Shown here: piece after piece, positions 31,427 through 40,440 of the stretch
Numbering within the stretch: the stretch's first letter is position 1
Layout of the letters: the number at the start of each line of letters is the position of its first letter
Origin: an uncultured Bacilli bacterium
Lineage (GTDB): Bacteria; Bacillota_I; Bacilli_A; RF39; UBA660
Direction of reading: 5' to 3'
NCBI GenBank assembly: GCA_944372425.1
Contig: CALVZC010000001.1
Coordinates: 22,444 to 86,443, forward strand
Length of the DNA stretch: 64,000 bases
Notes under the pieces: generated by a model
Databases searched by the model: none
Told to the model about the DNA's origin: nothing
What the model saw: the letters and a program-made list of their open reading frames with translations, nothing else
Program-made: the position numbers and the translations under genes

Positions 31427-33973
31427 ATGAAGCGTAGTGAAGTAGATAAAAGTAAAATTAGTCCTATGATGTTGAAGTATCTTGAAATAAAAGAAAAATA
31501 TAATGATACAATAATTTTTTATAGATTAGGCGATTTTTACGAAATGTTTTTTGAAGATGCAATTTTATGTTCTAGAGAATTAGAACTTACATTAACTGGA
31601 AGAAATGCTGGTTTAGATGAAAGAGTACCAATGTGTGGGATTCCTCATCATGCTTATTTATCTTATTTGGAAAAATTAATTGATAAGGGATATAAAGTAG
31701 CTATTTGTGAACAGCTAACTGATCCTAAGGAAACTAAGGGAATGGTTGAAAGAGATGTAATTCAAGTTGTAACTAAAGGTACAATAATCGATAATACGTT
31801 AAGTGAAAAAGATAACAATTACATTGGTAATATTTATGACTTCGATTATTGTTATGGAATAAGCTATACGGATATTACTACTGGTGATTTTTATGTATTG
31901 ATCATTGAACATGATAAAAATAAGTTAATAAAAGAAATTTGTAATAGAAATATAAAAGAGATTATAGCCAATGATAAAATTGATCGTGAAATAATAACTA
32001 TTTTTAAAGATAGTTATCATATTTTAGTTACTATTTCAGAATCTTTATATACTGGAGATAAATATAAATATATTACAAAAGAAATACAAGATATTAGAAT
32101 GGTTACGACAATTAATCATTTGTTATATTATATTTTAGATACAAAAAAGGGTGATATGTCTCATTTGCAAAAAGCCGAAATAATAAATTTAGATAAATTT
32201 TTATTATTTGATAGTCATACTAAAAGAAATTTAGAATTGACAGAAACTTTAAGACAAAAAGAGAGAACCTATTCATTATTATGGTTAATGGACAAAACAA
32301 AAACTGCTATGGGAAGTAGATTTTTAAAGTATAATATCGAAAATCCACTTACTAATGTAAGTGAAATTAATAGAAGATACGATACTGTAGAAACATTGCT
32401 TACTGAGTTTATTTTAAAAAGTGATTTACAAAATGCTTTAGATCAAGTATATGATTTAGAAAGATTAGCAAGTAGAATTAGTTATGGAAATTTGAATGCT
32501 AGAGATTTATTACAATTGAAAAAATCGTTGAAGGTATTGCCAACAATAAAGAAAATTTTAGAAGAAATAAAATTTTATAAATCAATAAATACATTTGATG
32601 ACTTGTGTGAATTATTAGAAATTTCTATATGTGAGGATCCTCCTTTTTCTATTAAAGAAGGTGGAATAATAAAAAATGGATATAATAATGAATTAGATGA
32701 ACTTCGAAGTATAAGAAGTGGTTCTAAAGATTTTATATTAAAAATAGAGCAAGAGGAAAGAGAAAAGACTGGAATAAAAAATTTAAAGTTAGGATATAAT
32801 AAAGTTTTTGGATACTATATTGAAGTTAGCAAGAGTAATATTCCTCTTATAAAAGAAGAATTTAATTATGAAAGAAAGCAAACTTTGGCAAATTGTGAAA
32901 GATTTATTACACCACTTTTAAAAGAAAAAGAAAATATAATTTTGGGTGCTGAAGAAAAAATAATAAATCTTGAATATAAAATATTTATGGATATAAGAGA
33001 AAAAGTTAAAGAATATATTAGTGATATTCAAAATACTTCAAAAGTTATTGCTTTGATTGATATGCTGGTTTCATTTGCTACTATTAGTGAAGAAAATAAT
33101 TATATAAGGCCAATAATTTCAAAAGAAAAGAAAATTGATATAAAAGAAGCTAGGCATCCTGTCGTTGAAAAAGTAATTAAAGATGGATTTGTACCTAATG
33201 ATATAATTATGAATAGTGGGGTAGATATTTTGCTTATAACAGGTCCTAATATGGCTGGAAAGTCTACTTATATGAGAACTTTAGCAATAATTATCATAAT
33301 GGCACAAATAGGAGCATTTGTTCCAGCTAAAAGTTGTACAATTTCTATTTTTGACAAAATATTTACTAGAATAGGTGCAAGTGATGATTTAGTAAGTGGA
33401 GATTCTACATTTATGGTAGAAATGAAGGAAGCTAACAATGCAATTAGTGAAGCAACTCCTAATAGTTTAATTTTATTTGATGAACTTGGTAGAGGTACAG
33501 CAACATATGATGGAATGAGTTTGGCTCAATCAATATTAGAATATATTCATAATAAAATAAAAGCAAAGACACTTTTTTCGACACATTATCATGAATTAAC
33601 TTCATTATCTGCCGATTTAAAAAGATTAAGAAATGTTCATGTTAGTGCAATAGAAGAAGAAGGAAAAATTACATTTCTTCATAAAGTAAAAATGGGAGCT
33701 ATTGATAAAAGTTATGGGATTCATGTAGCATCTTTGGCTCAGTTACCAAAAGAAGTAATAGATAGAGCAAATGAAATATTAGATATGTATGAAAAAAAGA
33801 ATAAAAAAGAAAGACCATATAAGCAAATAGAACTTTTTACAGAAATAGAGGAAACTAATGATAATAAAAACTCTGTTATCGAAAAGATAAGTAAAATAAA
33901 TCCACTTGAAATTACTCCAATACAAGCGATTAATATTCTCTATGAGCTAAAGCAGGATATTAATAAAAATTGA
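31427..33973 (+). CDS. mutS: DNA mismatch repair protein MutS
   Basis: 848 aa. SPMMLKYLEIKEKY, FYRLGDFYEMF, Walker A GPNMAGKSTYMR, LFDELGRGT, FSTHYHEL. Confidence 0.95.
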   Translation: MKRSEVDKSKISPMMLKYLEIKEKYNDTIIFYRLGDFYEMFFEDAILCSRELELTLTGRNAGLDERVPMCGIPHHAYLSYLEKLIDKGYKVAICEQLTDPKETKGMVERDVIQVVTKGTIIDNTLSEKDNNYIGNIYDFDYCYGISYTDITTGDFYVLIIEHDKNKLIKEICNRNIKEIIANDKIDREIITIFKDSYHILVTISESLYTGDKYKYITKEIQDIRMVTTINHLLYYILDTKKGDMSHLQKAEIINLDKFLLFDSHTKRNLELTETLRQKERTYSLLWLMDKTKTAMGSRFLKYNIENPLTNVSEINRRYDTVETLLTEFILKSDLQNALDQVYDLERLASRISYGNLNARDLLQLKKSLKVLPTIKKILEEIKFYKSINTFDDLCELLEISICEDPPFSIKEGGIIKNGYNNELDELRSIRSGSKDFILKIEQEEREKTGIKNLKLGYNKVFGYYIEVSKSNIPLIKEEFNYERKQTLANCERFITPLLKEKENIILGAEEKIINLEYKIFMDIREKVKEYISDIQNTSKVIALIDMLVSFATISEENNYIRPIISKEKKIDIKEARHPVVEKVIKDGFVPNDIIMNSGVDILLITGPNMAGKSTYMRTLAIIIIMAQIGAFVPAKSCTISIFDKIFTRIGASDDLVSGDSTFMVEMKEANNAISEATPNSLILFDELGRGTATYDGMSLAQSILEYIHNKIKAKTLFSTHYHELTSLSADLKRLRNVHVSAIEEEGKITFLHKVKMGAIDKSYGIHVASLAQLPKEVIDRANEILDMYEKKNKKERPYKQIELFTEIEETNDNKNSVIEKISKINPLEITPIQAINILYELKQDINKN

Positions 33974-34022
33974 CTAATGACATAAAATAAAATATAATAA
34001 TATATATAGTAGGAGTTAGGAT

Positions 34023-34733
34023 ATGAACATAATTGACATAGTAATTATTTTATTTATATTACTTATAGGTGTAATTGGATGGCATAATGGTGTTATTAAG
34101 ACAACTGTTTCTGCTGTTGGTATTTTAATTGTATTTGTTTTATCATTTTATTTAAAAAATCCAATAGCAGAATGGCTAAGTTTAAATTTACCATTCTTTA
34201 ATTTTTGGGGCGATTTTAAAAATGTGACCATACTTAATGTTATTATTTACCAACTATTATCATTTATAATTGTTTTTTCTATATTGATGATAATTTATGG
34301 TATTGTAGTTAAAATATCAAGCATTATTGAAAAAATATTAAAATGTACAATTATTTTAGGGATTCCATCTAAAATATTAGGATTTATAGTTGGATTAATT
34401 GAAGGACAGATTATTGTTGCTGTAATACTTATGTTTTTATCCTTACCAATATTTGAAGTAGATTTAGTTCATGAATCAACATTAAAAAAATTTATATTAG
34501 AGTCAACACCAATTGTTGGGAATTTATCTAAAAACACTTCTATTGCAACAAACGAAATAATGTTACTTCGTGATAAATTTAGTAGTGATTCAACAAAAGA
34601 TGAGTTTAATAGAAATTGTCTTGATATAATGTTAAAATATAATATAATTGAAGTTGATTATGCAAATAAACTATTAAGTTCTGGGAAATTGAAAATTAGC
34701 AATTATGAAGAAATTATAAATAAATACAAATAA
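34023..34733 (+). CDS. cvpA: CvpA-family membrane protein
   Basis: The start MNIIDIVIILFILLIGVIGWHNGVIK is typical of CvpA. 4-5 TMs plus a soluble tail. Confidence 0.8.
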   Translation: MNIIDIVIILFILLIGVIGWHNGVIKTTVSAVGILIVFVLSFYLKNPIAEWLSLNLPFFNFWGDFKNVTILNVIIYQLLSFIIVFSILMIIYGIVVKISSIIEKILKCTIILGIPSKILGFIVGLIEGQIIVAVILMFLSLPIFEVDLVHESTLKKFILESTPIVGNLSKNTSIATNEIMLLRDKFSSDSTKDEFNRNCLDIMLKYNIIEVDYANKLLSSGKLKISNYEEIINKYK

Positions 34734-34761
34734 TAATGAAAAAAGAAAGGAAATATGTAAT

Positions 34762-35061
34762 ATGATAATACATTTAAAAGATGAAAGCATAGATGAATTA
34801 ATTAAAAATAAAAAAGTGATAATTGATTTTTATGCCGATTGGTGTATGCCATGTAATATGCTAGGAGAAAATTTAGAAGAAATAGTTGAGGAAAATAAAA
34901 CAATAAATATTATTAAAGTGAATGTAGATGAACATCCTGATTTAGCTAGACAATATGGTGTAATGTCTATTCCATTATTGTGTCTTTATAACGATAATAA
35001 GTTGGAAAAGAAACATGTAGGCTTTATGGAAAAAGAAGATATTATTGAATGGTTAAAATAA
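34762..35061 (+). CDS. thioredoxin-family protein with CMPC active site
   Basis: 99 aa. FYADWCMPCNML in place of the canonical WCGPC. cis-Pro context MSIPLL. Confidence 0.85.
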   Translation: MIIHLKDESIDELIKNKKVIIDFYADWCMPCNMLGENLEEIVEENKTINIIKVNVDEHPDLARQYGVMSIPLLCLYNDNKLEKKHVGFMEKEDIIEWLK

Positions 35062-35611
35062 AAAATTTTATGATTTAATATTTAACATATTTATAATTGA
35101 ATATATTAATTTTTTACTATTTATAAAAATTATTTTATAGATAGTTTTTTTATGAAATAATAATATTGTAATTATTACTTAATAGTAAAAATCTAATAGC
35201 AGTAAAGTAGAAGTTAGTATGAAATGTCATAACATTTTTATCATCAAAATATTTATTTTATATAATATAAAAAAACTTCCAATCTTTAGAAGTTTTAAAT
35301 AATAATAATAGTATATAAAACTGCTTACCCTACATATTTATAGTATAATTATAAAAAAATTATTATTTATTTAGTGGCTCAAATAATTCTCTAATATCAA
35401 TATTTAACACTTCAGCAAATTTCCATATTGTACCTAAACTAAAGGTTTGCTTATAGTTTGGACTTTCTATATTCATTATGAACAAATACGGCAACAAATT
35501 ACTTATAAATATTGATAATAATTTTTATTTACTAAAGTTTATTATCAATTTGTAAAATGTATACTTAAAAGTCAGTTAAAATGGAAAATATAACAAATAT
35601 ATGCTTAAACA

Positions 35612-35640
35612 TTGACTTTTGTCACTAAAAGTGATATAAT
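35612..35640 (+). promoter_or_regulatory. near-consensus sigma-A promoter with an embedded palindrome
   Basis: -35 ttgact (35612-35617), 17-nt spacer containing tcactaaaagtga, -10 tataat (35635-35640) with an upstream TG. Confidence 0.55.
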
Positions 35641-35692
35641 CTAAAAACTATTTACGGAGTATTATATTATAAAATGATAGGTGAGTTTAAAT

Positions 35693-36583
35693 ATGAAAAT
35701 AACAAATTTTAATTTTGGAATGGTAAAAGATGGCAAGAGATTAGATCAGGGAAAAAACCCATATACATTAGTTTACTTATTAAATTCTTCAAAAGTATTT
35801 AAATTATTAAAAAGACCATATAGTAATAATATGGCTGTTTTAAGTTCATATCATAGGTTTAGAGTTAATTTTAATTCAAAATTAGCGTTAGCAGAAAAAT
35901 TAAGACATAATCAATCTTTGATATTACCAGATGAAATATGTGTTGATAAAAATAATCAAATTAATGGATTTAGTTACGAATATGTTGATTTACCTGACTT
36001 AACTTCTTTTTTTAATGAAAGTCAGGATATTGAAAGTATTACTGAATTGTATATTTTAATTGCATCATTAGTTGAAAAATTATACAGTGATGGAGTCATT
36101 GCACCTGATTTAATTAACAAAGGAAACATTTTATATAATCCCAAAAGTAAAGCTGTAAAATTTATTGATTATGATGGTTTACAAATTGATAGTGTACAAT
36201 CCAATTCAATTAGTAAAACCTTGATGTATAGACAAAATCCAGTACTGTCACAGCCTAAATACAGAAATCATCATAATTTATTTACGAAAGAAATTAATAC
36301 AATGTCATTGTTAATTGGATATCTTGAAGCAGTTACTGGAATTAATGTTGCTTCATTAGCAATTTTTCAAAAAATAATGTATTATGAGCAAAATGGAAAA
36401 ATGGATGAAAAAAGAAAACAATTTATAGGTGAAGTCTTCCATAATGTTGGAATATTTGATGAAGAAGTAATAAATGGTTATACAAATCTTTTTTCTGCAG
36501 TTGAACCTAATCCAGCTCCACTACCTATTATAAAGAAAATTTCTTTAGAGCCTTCTTTAAAACAAAAATCATTTACAAAATAA
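35693..36583 (+). CDS. protein-kinase-like fold protein (paralog A), family not recognised
   Basis: ATG at 35693 after aggtga. VFKLLK (candidate beta3 Lys), GVIAPDLINKGNILYN (catalytic-loop-like D..N), FIDYDGLQI (DFG-like). Confidence 0.7.
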   Translation: MKITNFNFGMVKDGKRLDQGKNPYTLVYLLNSSKVFKLLKRPYSNNMAVLSSYHRFRVNFNSKLALAEKLRHNQSLILPDEICVDKNNQINGFSYEYVDLPDLTSFFNESQDIESITELYILIASLVEKLYSDGVIAPDLINKGNILYNPKSKAVKFIDYDGLQIDSVQSNSISKTLMYRQNPVLSQPKYRNHHNLFTKEINTMSLLIGYLEAVTGINVASLAIFQKIMYYEQNGKMDEKRKQFIGEVFHNVGIFDEEVINGYTNLFSAVEPNPAPLPIIKKISLEPSLKQKSFTK

Positions 36584-36584
36584 T

Positions 36585-37163
36585 CTAAGCTTTTTCAATT
36601 TTTTGAGTTTTTAATATATCTATTTTATATTTTTTTTCTAATATTTCTTTTTGATAGTTACTACATTCTATAGTGTAATTAACCATTTCATCATAAGTTT
36701 TACAGTAACTACAATCTAAAAGCTTTTCCAATTTTTTTTGCTGATTATAAGGTATAGATATTCTTAATATACATCCATCAATCAATTCAATGATTTTTTC
36801 TTTATTGGAATTTAATACATTAGAAACTGATTTTCTATATGCTCTAATTAATCCTCCAGCACCAAGTTTAATTCCACCAAAATAACGGATTACTACGCAT
36901 AAAACATAATTGAGTTTAAATTTATCTAAAGTCTCCATGATTGGTATTCCAGCAGTTCCTTTAGGTTCTCCATCGTCAGATTCTTTTTTATAATTATCTA
37001 TTATATATGCATAACAATAATGTGTTGCATATTTATATTCATTTTTTATTTCTTTCATTTTCTCATTAAAATCATTAACATTTTTTATTTTAATCAATTT
37101 TGTAATAAATATTGATTTATTAATTATGATTTTATTCTCTAAGTTTTCTTTTATAGTAAACAT
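36585..37163 (-). CDS. yigZ: YigZ / IMPACT-family (UPF0029) protein
   Basis: KSIFITKLIKI...ATHYCYAYII...GEPKGTAGIPIMETL...VVIRYFGGIKLGAGGLIRAY, plus a C-terminal DUF1949-like region. I prefer the ATG at 37163. Confidence 0.85.
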   Translation of the reverse strand: MFTIKENLENKIIINKSIFITKLIKIKNVNDFNEKMKEIKNEYKYATHYCYAYIIDNYKKESDDGEPKGTAGIPIMETLDKFKLNYVLCVVIRYFGGIKLGAGGLIRAYRKSVSNVLNSNKEKIIELIDGCILRISIPYNQQKKLEKLLDCSYCKTYDEMVNYTIECSNYQKEILEKKYKIDILKTQKIEKA

Positions 37164-37236
37164 TAATATCACCAACTAAATTATATATAATTTTAACAAA
37201 ATAGTATATAATATACAATAAAAATGAGGTCGACAA

Positions 37237-38121
37237 ATGAATAATGTATTAAATAATAATTGGAATAGTCAAGTTTTGAATAATGCTACCTTAATTAGAA
37301 GTGGAGCTGGATTTATGGAAACATATGATCTTCACAACGGCAATATACTAAAAGTTGTTAAAGGTATTGAACAATTAGAACGTGACGATTTAATAAGATA
37401 CTATCGAATGTTTCAAGAAGAATTAAATAGTAAAATAAATTTAAGTAAATACATAGATATTCCTGATATAGTACTTCCAAACAATGCTTATTATTCTGAA
37501 GAAGGAATAAAGGCTTATACTGTACCAAAAGTTATAAATGGTTTGCAATTAGAGCAAATTTTACCAAAAATAAATTCTTTAAGATTATATGGAGCTATTT
37601 TATCTAAACTAACAAAAAGAATTAGAACCCTTAACGAAAATGGTATAATTTTACCTGATTTAATTACTGCTAGTAACATTTTTTATGATTATAAAAGTGA
37701 TAGTTTTAATTTTATTGATTATGATGGAATGCAAATATGGTATTCAAAATCATTTTCGATAAGTAATTGTTTATTTGTTATCGATGGACCAATTAATAAT
37801 ACAGAAAAATATGGAAATTATGAACAATATACTTCAAATTTGGATAAACTCTCACTATTAATACTGTTTTTTTGCTTTACAAATGGAATTAATATTATAG
37901 ATAGAATTAATGAACAATTGGCAGTTGTTCCTGAATTAGATTTGGCTATCGAAATGACATTGAATAAATTAGGAATTGAAAAATGTGATTATTTACATAT
38001 AGCAATATCACAGCTTTATAGTAGTGATGAAAATTGTTATCCGGATCAGGTGTTTGACAGATTTTCCAACGAATATCAAATGTATAAAGAAAAGAAAAAA
38101 GTTAGACGTTTTTTTAAATAA
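37237..38121 (+). CDS. protein-kinase-like fold protein (paralog B)
   Basis: ILKVVK, GIILPDLITASNIFYD and FIDYDGMQI are collinear with 35693..36583. Confidence 0.7.
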   Translation: MNNVLNNNWNSQVLNNATLIRSGAGFMETYDLHNGNILKVVKGIEQLERDDLIRYYRMFQEELNSKINLSKYIDIPDIVLPNNAYYSEEGIKAYTVPKVINGLQLEQILPKINSLRLYGAILSKLTKRIRTLNENGIILPDLITASNIFYDYKSDSFNFIDYDGMQIWYSKSFSISNCLFVIDGPINNTEKYGNYEQYTSNLDKLSLLILFFCFTNGINIIDRINEQLAVVPELDLAIEMTLNKLGIEKCDYLHIAISQLYSSDENCYPDQVFDRFSNEYQMYKEKKKVRRFFK

Positions 38122-38165
38122 TTTTCTTTTTTTCTTTTTTTTGCTATAATTTAATTGGTGATTTT

Positions 38166-39971
38166 ATGGATGAAAATATTAAAAACCACATAAAACAAAA
38201 ACTATCTTTAGTACCAGAATTACCAGGTAGTTATCAAATGAAAAACAAAGACAACGTGATTATTTACGTAGGAAAGGCAAAAAATTTAAAAAACAGGTTA
38301 AAAAGTTACTTTACTGGTACAGTTACTGGAAAAACATTAATGCTAGTCAACGATATAGTAGATTTTGAATATATTGTTACTAATAGTGAATTAGAATCAT
38401 TAATTTTAGAAATAACACTAATAAAAAAATACAACCCTAAATATAACATTTTGTTAAAGGATGATAAGAGTTATCCTTATATTGAATTAACTGATGAGAT
38501 TTATCCTACTATAAAGGTTGTACGTAATTTGAATAAGAAAAAAAATAAAAATAAAAGTAAAAGTAAAAGTAAATATTTTGGACCTTATCCTAATGTAATG
38601 GCAGCGCGTAAAACAGTTAATATAATAAATAGAGTATATCCTTTACGAAAATGTAATCGTATGGGAAAGGATGTATGTTTGTATTATCATATAGGTGAAT
38701 GCCTTGGATATTGTAAGAAAGAAAATATAGATATAGAAAAGTTATCTAGTATGAAAAATGAAATAATTTCTTTTTTGAATGGTAATAAAGAAATTATTTC
38801 TAAAAAGATAAAAAATGAAATGGAAATAGCTAGTCAAAATTTGAATTTTGAAAGAGCCATTGAATTAAAATCAATGCTAGAAGATATTAATATAACGTTG
38901 AAAAAGCAAACAATAATTTTAAATAAAAATTATACATGTGATATATTTGGTTATTATAAACATAATAATTATTTGTCAGTCCAAGTGTTTTTTATACGTG
39001 ATGGTGTATTGTTTGGTCATCATTCTGATATTTTTACAATAGTAGAAGAAAAAGAGGAAGCTATTATTGAATATATAATAAAATTTTATGAAAAAGGAAA
39101 TTTATTACCTAAGGAGATATTTGTTAATGAATTAGTTGATTGCGATATTTTAAACTCTTATTTAAATATTAAAGTCTCTATACCAAAAAAGGGAAATATT
39201 AAAAAATTATTAATATTAGCAAATGAAAATGCAAGAAATTTATTGAATGAAAAAGAAGAAATTATAAGTAAAGATGATAAAACAAGGTTAATTGCTTTAA
39301 ATGAATTAAAAGATATTTTAAAATTAAAAAAACTTTATCGAATTGAAGCATTTGATAATTCACATTTATTTGGAACATTTTATGTTGGTGGCATGGTAGT
39401 TTTTGATAATTTTATTCCAAATAAGTCTCTTTATCGAAAGTTTAAAATTAGTATTGAAGTAAAAGACGATCTTTCTGCAATGAAAGAAGTTATATATAGA
39501 AGATATTATAGAATTATTATGGAAAATTTAGAACAACCAGATTTAATTATTGTTGATGGTGGTATACAGCAAGTAAAAGTGGCTTACGAAGTTATTAAAT
39601 CGTTAAATCTTGATATACCTATTATAGGATTAAAAAAAGATGATAAACATAGAACAAATACGGTTATAGATTGGAATTTTAATGAAATAAGTTTAAATTC
39701 TAAAAGTAATTTATTTTTATTTTTAACTAAGATACAGGATGAAGTCCATAATTATGCAATAAGTTATCATCGAAATATTAAAACAAAAGGAATGCTTTCT
39801 AGTATTTTATCTATGGTTAGTGGAATAGGTGAAGTTAGAAAAAAAGAACTTTTAAAAAAATATGGATCATTAAAGAAAATAAAAATGGCACCTTTAAATG
39901 AATTAGAAAAAATTTTAGGAGAAAATATTGCTAAAAATTTGCAAGAATATCTAAATAATATTAAAATGTAA
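38166..39971 (+). CDS. uvrC: excinuclease ABC subunit C
   Basis: GIY-YIG (PGSYQMKNKDNVIIYVGKAKNLKNRLKSYF), UVR domain, endonuclease V-like domain and (HhH)2. Contains a low-complexity insert NKKKNKNKSKSKSKY. Confidence 0.95.
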   Translation: MDENIKNHIKQKLSLVPELPGSYQMKNKDNVIIYVGKAKNLKNRLKSYFTGTVTGKTLMLVNDIVDFEYIVTNSELESLILEITLIKKYNPKYNILLKDDKSYPYIELTDEIYPTIKVVRNLNKKKNKNKSKSKSKYFGPYPNVMAARKTVNIINRVYPLRKCNRMGKDVCLYYHIGECLGYCKKENIDIEKLSSMKNEIISFLNGNKEIISKKIKNEMEIASQNLNFERAIELKSMLEDINITLKKQTIILNKNYTCDIFGYYKHNNYLSVQVFFIRDGVLFGHHSDIFTIVEEKEEAIIEYIIKFYEKGNLLPKEIFVNELVDCDILNSYLNIKVSIPKKGNIKKLLILANENARNLLNEKEEIISKDDKTRLIALNELKDILKLKKLYRIEAFDNSHLFGTFYVGGMVVFDNFIPNKSLYRKFKISIEVKDDLSAMKEVIYRRYYRIIMENLEQPDLIIVDGGIQQVKVAYEVIKSLNLDIPIIGLKKDDKHRTNTVIDWNFNEISLNSKSNLFLFLTKIQDEVHNYAISYHRNIKTKGMLSSILSMVSGIGEVRKKELLKKYGSLKKIKMAPLNELEKILGENIAKNLQEYLNNIKM

Positions 39972-40024
39972 ATTTACATTTTAAACGTTATAATATATAA
40001 TTATTATAGAAGGGTAGGATAAAT

Positions 40025-40423
40025 ATGAAAAAGAAGAAAAAAACTGAAAATAAGAAAAAGACATTATTGTATTTTATTAAAAAAAATAAAATAATAATTG
40101 CAAGTATTATATTTTTAATTATTATTTTAACAATTACTTTTTTAATTATTAATAATAATAAAAATGAAAGTAATAATGAAGTTAATAATAATGATAATAC
40201 TACAATTGATGAAATAACAGAAAATGACATAGTAGATACATATAATTTTACTAAAGAAGATGCTAAGAATTTAGTTATGCAGTTATTCAATAGTGATAAT
40301 TTTGAATTTAATGTTACTATAAGCTCAAATGCTAAATATATCGTGGAAGTAAAAAATACAATTAATGATAATGTATATAAATATGAAGTTGATCCAATAA
40401 CTAAAACATATGTCGAAATATAA
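40025..40423 (+). CDS. hypothetical membrane-anchored protein (PepSY-like C-terminus, tentative)
   Basis: Lys-rich N-terminus, one TM, N-rich linker, small beta-rich C-terminal domain. Confidence 0.5.
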   Translation: MKKKKKTENKKKTLLYFIKKNKIIIASIIFLIIILTITFLIINNNKNESNNEVNNNDNTTIDEITENDIVDTYNFTKEDAKNLVMQLFNSDNFEFNVTISSNAKYIVEVKNTINDNVYKYEVDPITKTYVEI

Positions 40424-40440
40424 ATATTAACTGGTGAATT

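Noticed and set aside
35363-35476. 37-aa minus-strand ORF (MNIESPNYKQTFSLGTIWKFAEVLNIDIRELFEPLNK) as a functional XRE repressor.
   Set aside because: It corresponds only to the last helices of an XRE HTH domain, and the recognition-helix half is missing. It is most likely a gene remnant. It is mentioned under the mutS-mutL finding.
38553-38570. The tandem hexamer (aaaagt)x3 plus A-runs inside uvrC as a possible phase-variation switch.
   Set aside because: The repeat unit is a multiple of 3, so slippage would only change the length of the K/S/N-rich linker and would not toggle the frame. It is likely a neutral low-complexity insertion.
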